Shown here one piece after another: positions 11,976 to 26,139 of a stretch of 64,000 nt of DNA. The number at the start of each line of letters is the position of its first letter. Position 1 is the first letter of the stretch. A program made the position numbers and the translations under genes. Origin of the DNA: Octopus sinensis (taxonomy: Eukaryota); NCBI RefSeq assembly GCF_006345805.1, contig NC_043005.1, positions 52,018,001 through 52,082,000 on the forward strand. The letters are read 5' to 3'. Below the pieces are notes generated by a model. That model was not told where the DNA came from. It ran no database searches and saw only the letters and a list, made by a program, of their open reading frames with translations.

Positions 11976-12812
11976 CAGGCTAAAGGTTCTTTATTTCATT
12001 GACCCAGAGACATATATAAATGCAAAAATCACTTTAGGTGTTATTTGAACTCGAAAGGTTAATGGACTTAACGGAATTCTTCTAGTTAATATGTGGCTGG
12101 ATCATGTCTGCCACTCAAACGATTAGAAAAAAATAAATGAACGAATGAATAAAAAACAAGGTACAAAAATAAAAGATAAAAATACAAAATATAGAAATAA
12201 ATTGTGGAGGGACAGAAATGATGATGCGATATTTGACAGGTATGTCGATATCATGTTTTGAAAGGTGCAAACTAATAAAATATGACAAGACCCTTAAATT
12301 AAGACAACAACACGCGCCTTAAGCCCCTGCCATACCGCCTCCACAAGGAATGGAAAAAGAGAAAATTTTGTAATGAAGATGGAGATAAAAGCATTGTCCT
12401 TACAACGAAAGGAGAACATTAAAAGTAATATTAGCGGAAATATTCAAAATTGACAAGAACTACTAAGGGATGTTCACGCATACACATACGCACAAAGACA
12501 CAACACGCATTCAAAGACACTTGCACACACACATACACACAAAGAGAAAGACATATATATGATATATATCTTTTATATATTACATAGTCAGCATTATACT
12601 GATAGATGAGCAGATACACATGCAAATGAATACATATATATATATGTATAGGTGTATCTACATATATGTGTATATATAGTATATTATATATAGTATATTT
12701 ATATATATATATATAGATATATATATATACATATATATATATAGGTATATACATATATGTGTATATATATAGTAGATATATATATGTATATATATGTGTA
12801 TATGTATATATT

Positions 12813-12845
<33 letters not shown>

Positions 12846-13202
12846 ATATATATATATACATACACACCTATATATATATATGCACATTTACGTATGTACG
12901 TGTGAGGTTGTAATGTAATCGTAAGGAGGAATACCTTTGCGTTTTAGGACAAGACCTACCAGTTGTAGATTCTATATAAAAATTGATATTGATCTATCTA
13001 TAATTTTGTTTCTATGTCAGTTTCTTTTTTTTATGCGTGTGTTGAACAACATTGTCAAACTGAAAATTAATATGAGTTGACACAGACAGCCTAACATATG
13101 TGGGTGACACTCTCTTAGTATACCATATGTGTGTGTATCGCATAAAAACAGAGAGGGTGACAGAGAGAGAGAATGTGTGTGTTTGCGTGTGTGTGTGTGA
13201 GT

Positions 13203-13297
<95 letters not shown>

Positions 13298-14205
13298 TTG
13301 TGGCCTAGTTTTTTAAGTTTCTATGCCTAATCACGTTTTCTGACAATTGTCTGTAAATGCGAAGTCAAAGATGGATCCTTGGTTCGCAATGATACATGTA
13401 TATGTAAATGAGAAACGTAAAAAAGATACTGCTGTTATACATACACACATACATACATGCATGCATACATATACTTACTGGCACAAGCTCGTAGGTTCAT
13501 ACTCGCACTCATACATATGACACAAATATACATGCAAAACATACAATACAAAAATACGTACGCACAAATACACGAACAATCATACAAGCGAACATATACT
13601 TTATTGAAATACTAACTTCAACAAAGATGTTTAATTTCGTCCTACAACATGCCACGAACGAAGGTACTACGAGGCATTATATATCTTCTATCAGAGCAAA
13701 TTGTAAACGTTATAATAATAATTGTAGAAATAAGAATAGAATAAAGAGTAATGTGAAACGAAAGAAAAATATGAGTAACTAGAAGGTGTTGAAGGATAGG
13801 TAATGAAAATTAGTTTGATAAAAACGAAATAAGAATGAATTAATAAATAAAATATCGCAGGCATGCTTTTACGGTGAAGAAACTTGTTCTACAGCTTCCT
13901 GGTCTTGAGTTCAGTTCCACCTGGGCAAGTGTTTTCTGCTATAGTCCCGAGCCGACCCAAAATTTTTTTGGCTGTCTTTACGTTTTGCGTTCAAATTCCG
14001 CTGACGTCGACTTTGCTGTTCATCATTTCCAGATCGATGAAATAAGTATCAGTTGAGGAGTGGGGTCGATGTAACCGACTTACCGCATCCGTCGAACTTG
14101 CTGGCCTCGTGCCAAAATTTGAAAACATTATTGTTGTTGTTATTATTATTATCATTATTATTTCTTGTGGCTGTTTGTTGACAACTTAAAAAGAAAAAAA
14201 ATAAC

Positions 14206-14530
14206 AGGCAGCGAGGTGGCAGAATCGTTATCACGCCGGGCGAAATGCGTAGCCGTATTTCACCAGCCGTTACGTTCTGAGTTCAAATTCCGCCGAGGCC
14301 GACTTTGCCTTTCATCCTTTCGGCGTCGATAAATTATATACAAGTTACGCACTGGGGTCGATGTAATCGACTTAATCCGTTTGTCTGTCCTTGTTTGCCC
14401 CCTCTGTGTTTAGCCCCTTGTGGGTAGTAAAGAAATAGGTATTTCGTCTATCGTTACGTTCTGGGTTCAAATTTCGCCGAGGTCAACTTTGCTTTTCATC
14501 CTTTCGGGTTCGACAAATTAAGTACCAGTT
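14206..14530 (+). mobile_element. tRNA-derived SINE, family A, near full length with tandem internal module
   Basis: GGCAGCGAGGTGGCAGAATCG head, GAGTTCAAATTCC B-box, central GCCTTTCATCCTTTCGG..GTCGATAAATT module present twice. Confidence 0.9.
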
Positions 14531-15119
14531 GACTAATACCAAATCCATCTTCTGTTTCCATAATCGATTATTATATATCTAAATCTTAATAATAATAATA
14601 ATGATAATAATAATAATAATAACAACAATAATTTGTTACTTTTTTCAGAAGGCCAGCAATTATCTATTTTCGTCATCTGCACTAAACAGTTCTTCTTTCA
14701 AGGTGCGCCGTGGAGTTTTTCATGTACGTTAAGAAAAGTTATTCTATCGTTTGTGCGTTTTGAAAAAACATGTTTTTCATAATGTTGTTAATAAACAAGT
14801 GTGATTAATAAAACAATGTCAACAATAGTTCTTTTTCTATATTTTTACTAAAGTATTTTTAAAGAATCTTTCCATGCTAAGTGCGTCTTATGAGAAACAA
14901 ACCACAAACAGAGAGAGGACGGTCACAGCTGGAATGACTTTGATCTTAAAGTGATCTGCCCAGTTAGATTTTTCCTCTGTAGTTTACAAAAATGTGATAA
15001 TCAAATTATCAAGTCCAACAGGTGTGACTTACTTTAACTTTATTTTATTTATCTAGTTACCGGTTGTTTGTGGGCACGCGCACGTGCGTGCGTGTTACAT
15101 CAGCCAATTTTGTTTCTTT

Positions 15120-15332
15120 CTACTATAGACAGAAGGCCTGAATTCGTAGGGGAGGAGGCTAGTCGATTACATCGATTCTAGTGCTCGACTGATACTTATG
15201 TTATCGACTCTGAACGGATGAAAGATAATGTCGACGTCAGGGGAATTTGAACCCACAAAGAAGAAAGCAGAAAGAAATGCCGCTAGGAATTTTGTCCAAG
15301 GAGCTAATGCTTTTGCCAGCTCCCTGCCTTAT
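15120..15332 (-). mobile_element. SINE family A, diverged
   Basis: Reverse-complement similarity to 14206 copy. Confidence 0.7.
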
Positions 15333-15400
15333 CATCGGTCATAACAGAGTAATTAAGTGATCTGCTGTGAAGTTGAAAGCTTAAGAATACTAAAATTTGA

Positions 15401-15416
15401 ACGATGGTGATGACGG

Positions 15417-15447
<31 letters not shown>

Positions 15448-15812
15448 GATGATGAACAGGAGGAGGAGGATAATGATAATGATGATGATGACGACGGTAA
15501 TGACGATGATGAGGATAATGATGATGATGATGGTGGTGATGACGACGACGATGGTGACGACGACGATAACGGCAGCAACAACAAAAACAATGATGATAAT
15601 GATGACGCTAATGATGATGAAAATAATACAGATGCTGCTGCTGATGATGATGATAACAACATCAATGATGATGGTGATAACGATGTTTATGATGATGATG
15701 ATGATGATTGATGTTTAAGGAGATTTCCTTGATGACCTTGATGAGGAGGAGGAGTGGTGGAGAAGCGGATGACAACAACGACAATGATGACGATGAGGAT
15801 GACGATGATAAT
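15401..15812. repeat. (GAT/GAC)n low-complexity trinucleotide tract
   Basis: Directly visible; several frames open only because of the repeat. Confidence 0.9.
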
Positions 15813-16583
15813 GATGATGACTTCATTACTGAAGGAATTATTAAAAAGTAGATGTATGAATATTTGTAAACCAACCTCTTAATATTTTATAAGAATATAA
15901 AACTATTACAGAAATCACAAATTGTCATTTTGCGGTAGTGTAGTTTCTAAACTAAAATTTAGTGGAATATAGCTCAAAGGTTTAAGGAATATTATTAAAA
16001 TATCGCAGACGACGTTAATTAGTGCTAAATGAAGTAAATAAATGAAAAAAGAAAATATCTGGTTATTGAGTTTTCTGGAAGAGCACTTGACCTTTTCTGA
16101 ATTCTTACTGTTCTGTGTTTGTTCTCTCTACAAGATGATGGTAAATATTCTTTGTTCTATCGGCTAGTTCTTATTTTATAAGACTAAAATCTGAAATGAA
16201 ACTGTGGTTAAATTGTTAATGTTATAGACTTACGAGTTCAGTGAGTTCAAGACCACCAACTGGTTGATGAGCTTTTTCAGCTAAATTCATCGTGGTTGCA
16301 AGTAACCCCCCACCAAGTCACACCAGGGACACTTTCCATTTTTCCTGAAAATATAAAAATGAAAACAATGAGTCGCAACTTCCACTATGTCGGCACAACT
16401 TTTTTAAATTCTTGTAATTTTTTTATTTTATTATCAATTTCAAGAAAAATTCAATATGACTTCCATCAATAACATGCAAACAACATCAGAGTAGAAAAAT
16501 TTAAAAAAACATAAGATGCTGGTTTTATATATACGTGCCCCAGCATGGCCACAGCTCATGAGCTGAAACTAGAATCAATCATG

Positions 16584-17215
16584 TACTCTTTTACTCTTCT
16601 ACTTGTTTCAGTCATTTGACTGCGGCCATGCTGGAGCACCGCTTTTAGTTGAGCAAATTGATTCCCAGGACTTATTCTTTGTAAGCCTAGTACTTATTCT
16701 ATCGATCTCTTGGTAAGCAAGCTACTTACCACACAGCCACTCCAATAATATATAATATACCATATGTATATATGTTTGTGTGTGTGTATGTGCGCATGTG
16801 TGTGTGTATACATGTTATATTTATATATATATACATGTGTGTATAACTATGTGCTTAGGTGCAGGCTTGACTGTATAGTTAGAAGCTTTTTTTCCAGCCT
16901 GAAGCACCTGAAGCAAGTAAGTGTCTCCTACAATTGTCTCGGGCTGACCGAAGGTTTCTGAGTGAAATTTGTGGACGGAAACTTAAAGAAGCGCGTCGTA
17001 TAATATATATGTATATATGTATGTGCGTGTATATGTGTGTGTACCTTTGTGTCTGTGTTTGTTTGTTCCCTATCAGCACTTGAAAACTTGTACTGGTGTC
17101 TTTACGTTCCCGGAACTAATAGTTTGGTAAAAAAAAAAGACCGATAGAAAAATTAGCAGAAAGGAAAAAGTACTGAAGTCAACTCATTCGACAAAAAATT
17201 TTCAAGCGATATATT
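16584..17215. mobile_element. Two SINE family B remnants (minus 16584-16743, plus ~16855-17215)
   Basis: Tail GTTTCAGTCATTTGACTGCGGCCATGCTGGAGCACC and head remnant on minus; diverged body on plus. Confidence 0.75.
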
Positions 17216-18037
17216 ATATATATATATATATATATATCTGCTTACCTAAAACATAAATATATATATATATATAATGTAATAAGATAATTTCGTGTTAAAC
17301 TGGACGAATAACTTGTTTGCTGATTTAAAAAAAAAATATTCCCTACTGAGCGTGAAACCTTGACAATAATATTTAAAAACAATGAATAAATAAAAAAAAA
17401 TGAAAAAACTTGACGGACTAATGAATGATCGGAAAAAATAAAACAAAAAAGAAATGAAAACCAACATGTATTCCTCCAAAATAAGAAAGACCACAAAATT
17501 ACGAATCAATCTGCCAAACAACTTCTAAAGCTAGCTGCTTATCTTCTAAAGCCTGCCGCTTATCTTACTACAGGAGCAAAACGATGCGGGAAGGCAAACA
17601 GAGAAATAAAATAGAACCTACTGGTGACCGGGTCATTTTCTATTGATAGGAATTTCTTATCTTCAATAACAAAAGTCCGAACAATTACTCACAAAATAAA
17701 TTGATTGCCAGAAAGCATTTCCCAGTGTAGCACACGCTAGGATATTTGAAGACATTCATCATAAATAAAGCAGTCTATCAACCATGCCAAAAAAAAAAAA
17801 AAAAACAGAAACAGGAAAAAAATACGAGAAACATTCAAAGTATGGCGAAAGTGAAAACGAAATATCAACCAGACTTAATCCACATTAAGAAGACGGATTT
17901 TTTTAAATCAGTCACTTCATACCGATTACTATTTCTGATATGTGGAACATCTTACAATAATGTGTCGATCAAACAAAACTGTGAGTGAATACGAACGAAC
18001 TATAAATCACATCTAGTATGCCTGTATGCATACGTAT

Positions 18038-18100
<63 letters not shown>

Positions 18101-18254
18101 TATATATTCATATATTTATATATTCATATATATGTATACATATATATATTCATTATATTCATATATATTTCAACTCAAAGCGTAAACAGGTATCTACTAC
18201 AGATAACATATATATATATATACCCATATAATATATATATATATATATATATGC

Positions 18255-18291
<37 letters not shown>

Positions 18292-18399
18292 AGTAAAAGA
18301 GTAATATGTATAAATATATATATATATTATATATTAATATTTTACTAGTTTCAACCTTGCGGCTGCGGTCATGCTAGAGCACGAACGTGGTCTTGCTGA

Positions 18400-18694
18400 T
18401 TTTGCCAGTCTCGGGTATTTCACATCACCACTCCTGTATGTGCATTTGTCCCAGCTGTTGGCCCATTTGCTTTATAAGAGAGTTTGATTCCGCTGACCCC
18501 GTCTGTACCTTCTGCTGGGCTGTTGGTTCATTATGTATTGTGTAGAGGAAGATGTCTAGTTCCTTTTTGAAGACATCTGCTTCCACCTCATATAGAATTC
18601 TTAATTTTTTTGTGACATAGCGTTGTACAGCTGTGGGCCTTTGAACCCTAAGATATTGCAGTAACTGGTCCTGAATTTAGATGGAGAGGATGAT

Positions 18695-18695
<1 letters not shown>
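18400..18695 (-). mobile_element. CR1/L2-group LINE ORF2 C-terminal fragment
   Basis: Minus translation ..KGPQLYNAM..KELDIFLYTIHNEP..SAESNSLIKQ resembles the GPxLxNxLP / KxLDxFL..PDEP / AxSNSL C-terminus of invertebrate CR1-group RTs. Confidence 0.6.
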
Positions 18696-18748
<53 letters not shown>

Positions 18749-18899
18749 CATATATATGTTTCTTTTATTTTTTACTTGTTTGCGTCATTAGAATGTGGCC
18801 ATACTGGGGCACCGCCTTGAATTTCGTTTTAGTCGAATGAATTGAATCCAGTTCTTATTCCTTTGGGTTTAAAAAAAAATTTTTTAGCCAATACGTTAT

Positions 18900-19141
18900 G
18901 ATACGGGGACTTAAGTAAAACCAGCACCAGTTGTCAAGCGGTGATGGGGAACATACACAGACACAAAGGTACACAAGTAACGCACCAATACGGATACACA
19001 CACACACACACACACACACAAATAATATACGATGGACTTCAGTTTTCGTCTACTGAATCCGTTCACAAGGCTTTGAGCGGCCCGGAAGCTATAGAAGAAG
19101 ACACTTGCCCAAGGTGCCACGCAGTGGGATTGAACTCGGAA
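18900..19141 (-). mobile_element. SINE family B, partial
   Basis: GACACTTGCCCAAGGTGCCACGCAGTGGGATTGAAC and body match the family. Confidence 0.8.
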
Positions 19142-19318
19142 CTATTTAATTTTCACAGAGTTTTGTGTGCATTGATGGAAGAGTGAGTGCATAGGAATAA
19201 TTGTTATCTGTACTTAGATACCTGTTTACGCTTTGAGTTGAAATTAAACCGGGGATCGTCTTGTTTATCTTCACTAGGTGAAATAGATGAATATATAAGA
19301 TATATTTATTCCTTGTAG

Positions 19319-19355
19319 CTGTTGTAATCATCGCATACTCCTGCAGATGTCTGGG
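19319..19355 (+). CDS. Candidate 37-nt internal exon of an unidentified gene
   Basis: TATTTATTCCTTGTAG acceptor, GG|GTATGA donor; two open frames (VVIIAYSCRCLG or CCNHRILLQMSG), each splices in frame to the 20459 acceptor; no homology recognised. Confidence 0.3.
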
Positions 19356-19649
19356 GTATGAGCTGAGATGAATATTTGAGAAAATATATGTAATTGTCAT
19401 CATTTTGTTCAAAATATCTCGTGTACCATTCTGATGTTTCCAAGACATTACGTGATTAACACATCTATAGCAAATATTCTTTCACAAGAATTTGATCGCC
19501 CCGAGGTTATACTAGAAGGCACTTGCCCAAGGTGCCATGACAATGGGACAGAACCGTATGTCTGGGAAAGTTTTTTAACCACATATTCACACTTGCATTT
19601 CCTCCTCGTGTTATACGTACAAATGGTTTGGAGAATTTTGTATAACATG

Positions 19650-20489
19650 GCTAACCAAAGAAATTAATGCCGATTCGAAGCTGCGGATAAAAACGAGAAA
19701 AAAATGAAAGACGAGAAAAGTCGTTCATACTTTAGGTTAATCTAATCTCACGAACTAACATAGTCATATCTACATACTGTTCAATGAGCTCAGTAGTGTA
19801 CTAAACGAAGCAGTATACTTTCTAGTATAGATACAAGGCATAAAATTGTGAGGAAGGAAGCTAGTCGATTACATCAACCCCAGTGCATAACTGGTACTTA
19901 ATTTATCGACCCTGAAAGGACGAAAGGCAAAGTCGACCTCGGCGGAATCTGAACTCAGAACGTAGCGACGAGTGAAATACCTATTTCTTTACTACCCACA
20001 AGTGGCTAAACTCAGAGATAACAAACAAGGACAGACAAACGGATTAAGTCAATTAAATAAGTACCAGTTGATCACTGAGGTCAATCTAATCGACTTAATC
20101 CGTTTGTCCGTCCTTGTTTGCCCTCTCTGTGTTTAGCCCCTTGTGGGTAGTAAAGAAATAGGCATTTCACTCGTCGCTACGTTCTGAGTTCAGATTCCAC
20201 CGAGGTCGACTATGCCTTTCATCCAATCAGGGTCGATAAATTAAGTACCAGTTGGGGTTGATGTAATCGACTAGCTTCCCTCCTCACAATTTCAGGCTCT
20301 CTACCTATAGCAGAAAGGATTGCTACTGCTTCGTTTCGTACACTACTGACCTCATTGTAGAGTGTGTGGATATGCCTATGTCAGTTTATGAGATTAGATT
20401 AACCTAAAGTATGAGCGACTTTTCTAGTCTTTCATTTTTTTCTCGTTTTCATCCGCAGCTTCGAATCGGCATTAATGTCTTTGGTTAGC
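19650..20489. repeat. ~840-bp imperfect inverted duplication (unique DNA plus SINE A modules), centre ~20065
   Basis: Outer ~109 bp of the arms differ at 7 positions by manual alignment; inner arms are SINE A modules in opposite orientation. Confidence 0.9.
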
Positions 20490-20612
20490 ACTTCCCCAAA
20501 ATTGCTGTCCGTGGGTCAAAAAATTGAAACCGATATTGTATCAGTTTGCTCTGGAGATCCTGGGGAAGAGAAGAGATCTGACATTTCAGTTAAAGTCTAC
20601 AAAATGACTTGA
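20459..20612 (+). CDS. Candidate terminal coding exon of an unidentified gene
   Basis: Strong acceptor TTTTTTTCTCGTTTTCATCCGCAG; phase-2 frame FESALMSLVSTSPK...SDISVKVYKMT* (stop 20610-12) or phase-0 frame LRIGINVFG* (stop 20486-88); AATAAA at 21192 and 21288. Confidence 0.35.
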
Positions 20613-21434
20613 TCCCAACATTCAGAGCAAATTGTTTTGTAATTAGCCGATCCTGATCTTTATTAGTTTCCTTAGATTCTCCTGTGTCACTTTGTTAGAA
20701 ACTATTAATGCCTTAAATATACAGCGAGGCTGTTACACTAAAGAAATGAATCACAATGTCTGCTTCTGTTTAGAAGTGGAGAGCAGCGATGTGGGGCCAT
20801 GTAAACGTTGCAACGCCCGCTAGGGAACATCATCTGCCCAACTCATAGCTTATTTGACTGCTAAACCTATTAATTATCTTTCTTTTGCCGTTTGTGCTCA
20901 GTGATGATATTCCTGGTGTTCCTACCAACGGGGATTTTGAATGACCCCCCAATATATTTTGATTATGCACCATTGTAAATGATATTTCTCCTTTCTTATT
21001 CTCTAATATATTATCTCCCAATCTAAGATGACTTACTGGTATATATATATAAAAATGTGTTTTGAGGATTTCCTGATAGACTACAATATGGAAAAAATCC
21101 GCACACACACACACACAGAATCAAAATTATAGTAATATATCTGTACCAATGGAACTCTCCATGAGTAAAAATCTGAAAAAAAAAACATGTAAATAAAACA
21201 TAAGAAAAAAGAAAAGGACAAAAGCTTCATAAGCGAAATCATTTCCTAAATCAAACGATAAAATATTTCTAATTTCTTTTATATAAAAATAAAAATAAAG
21301 TAAAATAATAATTAGACGAAGAGAAACTCAAGTCAATTTGAGGTTTCATATGTGATGTATATATGCACGCAGACACATATATTGCATACAAAAATATGTG
21401 TGTATACTTGTATGTACATTACATATGTACGTAA

Positions 21435-21472
<38 letters not shown>

Positions 21473-21713
21473 GCATACATATACACACACACACACACAT
21501 ATATAGTTAGAGAAAGCAGCACTAATCTTAAATGAGATAGATCAGATGAGAAAAGATATATATTTTTTTTTCGACTGTGGATGAAGAATTATTATCTTTC
21601 ATTTATTTTTTTTCCTTTGCCTTCCGTTCCGATAGACAACGTTACCATTTACATATGAATAGGTGAATTTCTGATGATATCGAAAAGTTCGCTGGTAAAA
21701 AGGAAAAGAGTAA

Positions 21714-21744
<31 letters not shown>

Positions 21745-21907
21745 GAATTAAATAACCATTTTTATATAAATGTAAGAGATGATATTTGAGAGGACAAAGA
21801 ACATACCAAAGACTGTTGAAAGCAAGAGGATTACGTGAATATGCGTGTGTGTGTGGTGTGTGTGTGTGTATATATGTATATATATATATATATATATATA
21901 GATATAT

Positions 21908-21942
<35 letters not shown>

Positions 21943-22320
21943 TGTTCAAATGTATCCCTTTGCTCTTACTAGAAAAATAACATTCCTTTTATACGAAAAT
22001 ATTTGTAATTATTATTTTTTTATATATTGAAAAGTAAAAACATCATTATTTTTTGCATTGTTACCAATCTCTTCAAGTTCACTCAGAAAAATCTGTAGTA
22101 CCATTTAGTACACTGCAGCCCCGCCGTTTACCACCCTACCCCCTCTGCAGCAGAAACGACGACCTCCTCTCTATATTTTTTCTGGTAACATTCGTTCACT
22201 TTTAAATTTACAGCATAATCTATGCTGGACTGTGAGATAATCATAATGACTAGAAAGATAGAGTTAATGTCGACTTGTAGACACTATCATTTTAGCTATT
22301 TCTTTTCAGTACAACAGACA

Positions 22321-22367
22321 ATATGGCGATGTCGTCACATAGCACGTGACTTGATGACGCCATCTTG
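22321..22367. promoter_or_regulatory. Candidate promoter motif cluster (inverted YY1-like sites, CRE half sites, E-box)
   Basis: ATGGCG(22323)-CGTCA(22333)-CACGTGAC(22343)-TGACG(22355)-CGCCATCTTG(22358); CpG-dense in CpG-poor surroundings. Confidence 0.35.
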
Positions 22368-23984
22368 TTTTACGTTTCAACAACTAGTTACTCCACTAGA
22401 GATCACTTTGTTCTCATTCTTGGAGACTTGCATAAAACAGTTGCATGGAAGCGGATAAAGTACGAAATATTGGTATACTAGACTAAATTGTACTCGGTAA
22501 CTTTTTCCATGAAAGTAACTGCCTAATTCCGTTGTTTACAGCACTCATACACACACACACGCATACGCATACCCACACGAACGCACTCACACTCACACAC
22601 GCATATGCGCACACAATCACATACACATAATGAAAATATAGATATATAGATAAATAGAGTGATAACTATATAGGCTTAACTATAAGTAGGGAGAAGTAAA
22701 TTGAAATATATAAGGAGATTAAGAGATGTATATGAGGCAAGTAAGACATGTTGGCCATCTAATGCTTCAGTCGCCATCCCTCAGTCGTTTTGACCTGGTG
22801 TTGCCACCCGTTTGAAGATGTTCGCAGACAAGAGTGAAGGTGATGATGCGCAACACTTTTTCCCTTTAAAAAATAACCACGCAACTCATAGGTCATCCCT
22901 AAGGATAACCAGATGGAACTTTGTTTATAAAGATTGTAAAAAATTTATGCTGCTACACATGAGATATTTTCTTTAACTTATTTGTTACGCAGTATGGGCA
23001 ACCATAAGGATGGATTGTACCTTTATAATTTATAAGATCATCTTTGTCACACATTGTTTTTTTTTCTTGTTTTTTATTCATCTAAAGAATAATACAAGAG
23101 TACAAATGTACGTGTAAGTGCTCAAACACTTCGAAAGAAAACAAGAATATATAGTTAACTCTGATAATCAAAAAACTACAATATTCATCGCGGAAACCGT
23201 CAGACGGTGGGTTAACATTTTCTTGAACCAACGAATCATATTTGCTGTTGCTGTTGTTGAATATGATATTTCCGATATATTAATTAATATGTTCAGAGTT
23301 TTGTTAAGCAGTATCATGTGGTTTTCAAGAAGGTTTGACTATTACATGTAGCGAGTCGATCAGCTGCATAAAGACCACATAGTTGGTGTTTATATTTCTC
23401 GTTGTTTAGATATAGCATAGTAATGGAAAAATGAGATACCAACTATGCTAGGTAGATATGCAGTGGCAAATAAAATACTGTCTTATACAATCTTCTGTAT
23501 TTTAAACGTTATGGGTCTTATAAGGTCCATTTGTTTGTGGTTTCTACAAGAACTCGCGACAATGTTGAGAAGTCACGTTTGATAGTGTCTAAATGAGATA
23601 AGGTGTCCGGTATAGGTGTTCCAGTGTTGGTTCAAGTAATTTTTCGGATAATGTGTTGCTGTAGAAGTTACTATATATACTAGAGAAAAAATATACCATT
23701 ATGTATTCATATATCTTTACGTGTATGTGTGTGTATATATATATGTGTATGTGCATATATATATGCATATATATGAATATATACTTATCTATATGTGAAC
23801 ATATATATATGTATGTATAAATGCATATATACATACCTGTATGCATACACATCTATATACATTCGTGCATATAAGCGCATATTTGCATAAGTATTTATGT
23901 GTATGTACACACACACACACATATATATATATATTATATATATATATATACATACATATATATATATACACATATATATTATAC

Positions 23985-24041
<57 letters not shown>

Positions 24042-24160
24042 ATGACAATATGTGTGTATGCATATAAATATATATTAGTACACATAATGATATATATGTG
24101 TATATATAGATATATTTATAAATGTATATGTATATATGTGTTTATGCATATATATGTGTA

Positions 24161-24191
<31 letters not shown>

Positions 24192-24540
24192 GTGTATGTG
24201 TATATGTATATATACATGCATTTGTTTCCCTATCTCTATTTCTTCGTCCTCTTCGTCTCCCTCTTTCTGTCTCACTACTCTCTTTGCCACTTTCAATCTT
24301 CATCTTTCTTCTCTCTCCCTCTCTCTCTTTCTCTCCCTTTCTCTCTCTCTCTTTCCCTCTCTCCCTACCTCTCCATCTGACTATTTGACCGTTAATCTAG
24401 TTGTCTCACTATCTTTCTTTATAGATACAGTTTTTCTGCTCTATAAAGTCTGAGAACTTGCCTGTGTTCTTGTGGCTGTGTGCGTGTGAACCTACGCGCA
24501 CGCACGCACGCACGCACGCACACACACACCACACCCCACA

Positions 24541-24609
<69 letters not shown>

Positions 24610-25054
24610 AACACACACACACATGCCTATAGCCTTACACACAGTCACCTATACTTGCGTTTATCTATTGTTAGTATGCGTGGTGAGTGTGTGTGTGTGT
24701 GTGTGTGAAATCACTCTCTTGACTAATTCCATTTTACTCGGACTCGTCTATAAATACATTATAGTATGTTTATATTTCATTATTATATGAAAGGAAGGCA
24801 TTTTTCACAAGTTTATGTTCTATGATTTCCGATATAACTACACATTCACAGTTCATTTAACATCTGTAAACAAATCTAACTCTAAGACACGCTCAAACAG
24901 ACACCACGCATATATGTATATATATGTGTATGTATGTATGTATGTATGTATGTATGTATGTATGTATGTATGTATGTATGTATGCATGTATGTATATATG
25001 TATATGCGTGTTGTATATGTATGGGTGTGAGAATATATACATCTAGCTAAGTGG

Positions 25055-25092
<38 letters not shown>

Positions 25093-25212
25093 GCACGTAC
25101 GCACACACACAAGCACATATAGATAAGTGCATATATATGCATATAGATATATGTGAGTGCATATATTTATATACATATAGGTGTATATATATTTACATAT
25201 ATATATATGTAC

Positions 25213-25252
<40 letters not shown>

Positions 25253-26139
25253 GTATGTGTGTATGTAGGTATGTGTGTGTACGCCGTACACTGTCGTTGA
25301 GTTGACAATGCCCCGTAGGACCAAAGACATATAAATGCAGCTGGGCGGGGGTCATACTTGAGGAAATAAACGCAAGACGCACATACACTCACATACACAT
25401 ATATGCCTAAAACAGCACTCTCATACACAATTATCCACACACAACACACACACACACACAGTCGCTCTCACGTAAACATTGGTGACATGTGTATCTAAAT
25501 ATATGCATATCTACGTAAATGTGTTTAGAAATTTCTATGTATTTAATAAGTATAAGTGAATTTGTTTGTACACTATAAATGTAAAATATATATAATATGA
25601 TATGCATATATATATATATGGGTGTGTTTTTATTATGTATTATATACGTTCATATTGAGTTCACTGAAGAATCAGACTATTTCCGACTTCTTGTTTTCCT
25701 CGTGTTCCTGAATATCCAAACCAGGTTCTCATCTTCGCATTTATATCCTGAGGGCTCACACGTAACGAGTACCTTTGAGAAACCTGTTAGTGAATTGTCA
25801 AGTTCAAACGAATAAGCTACCAGTCAAACAATATATTTTAACTAATGGTATTTCTTTACATATTTAGTTAACCGGCTCACGCTGGCGAATATTCACATGG
25901 CTCAAAGTGGTTCACCAAATGTATATAACTGCGTACATTGTTAAGGTGTAAGAAAGAATACTTTATCCTGATTTAAGGTGATGAAGAAATCATTTTTCCG
26001 CAACACATCTAAGAGATGATGAGAGTAGATTTGAGCAATTAGACACCGGATTTGCACAACTCTAGAAGTTCTACAAAAGGAGACTGCTCTAATGACGACA
26101 GTTAAACAACATCTCTGACCAGTGATATTCTTTTCTACT

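Noticed and set aside
15390-15874. Poly-Asp, poly-Met and poly-Ser ORFs
   Set aside because: Several frames are open only because of the (GAT)n repeat; no unique flanking coding sequence or convincing splice sites
16135-16140. Possible 6-nt microexon ATGATG after a pyrimidine tract
   Set aside because: AAG acceptor, and such matches are expected by chance in AT-rich DNA
17572-17691. Minus-strand intron-like segment (GTGAGT...CTCCTGTAG)
   Set aside because: The flanking exons show no coherent reading frame
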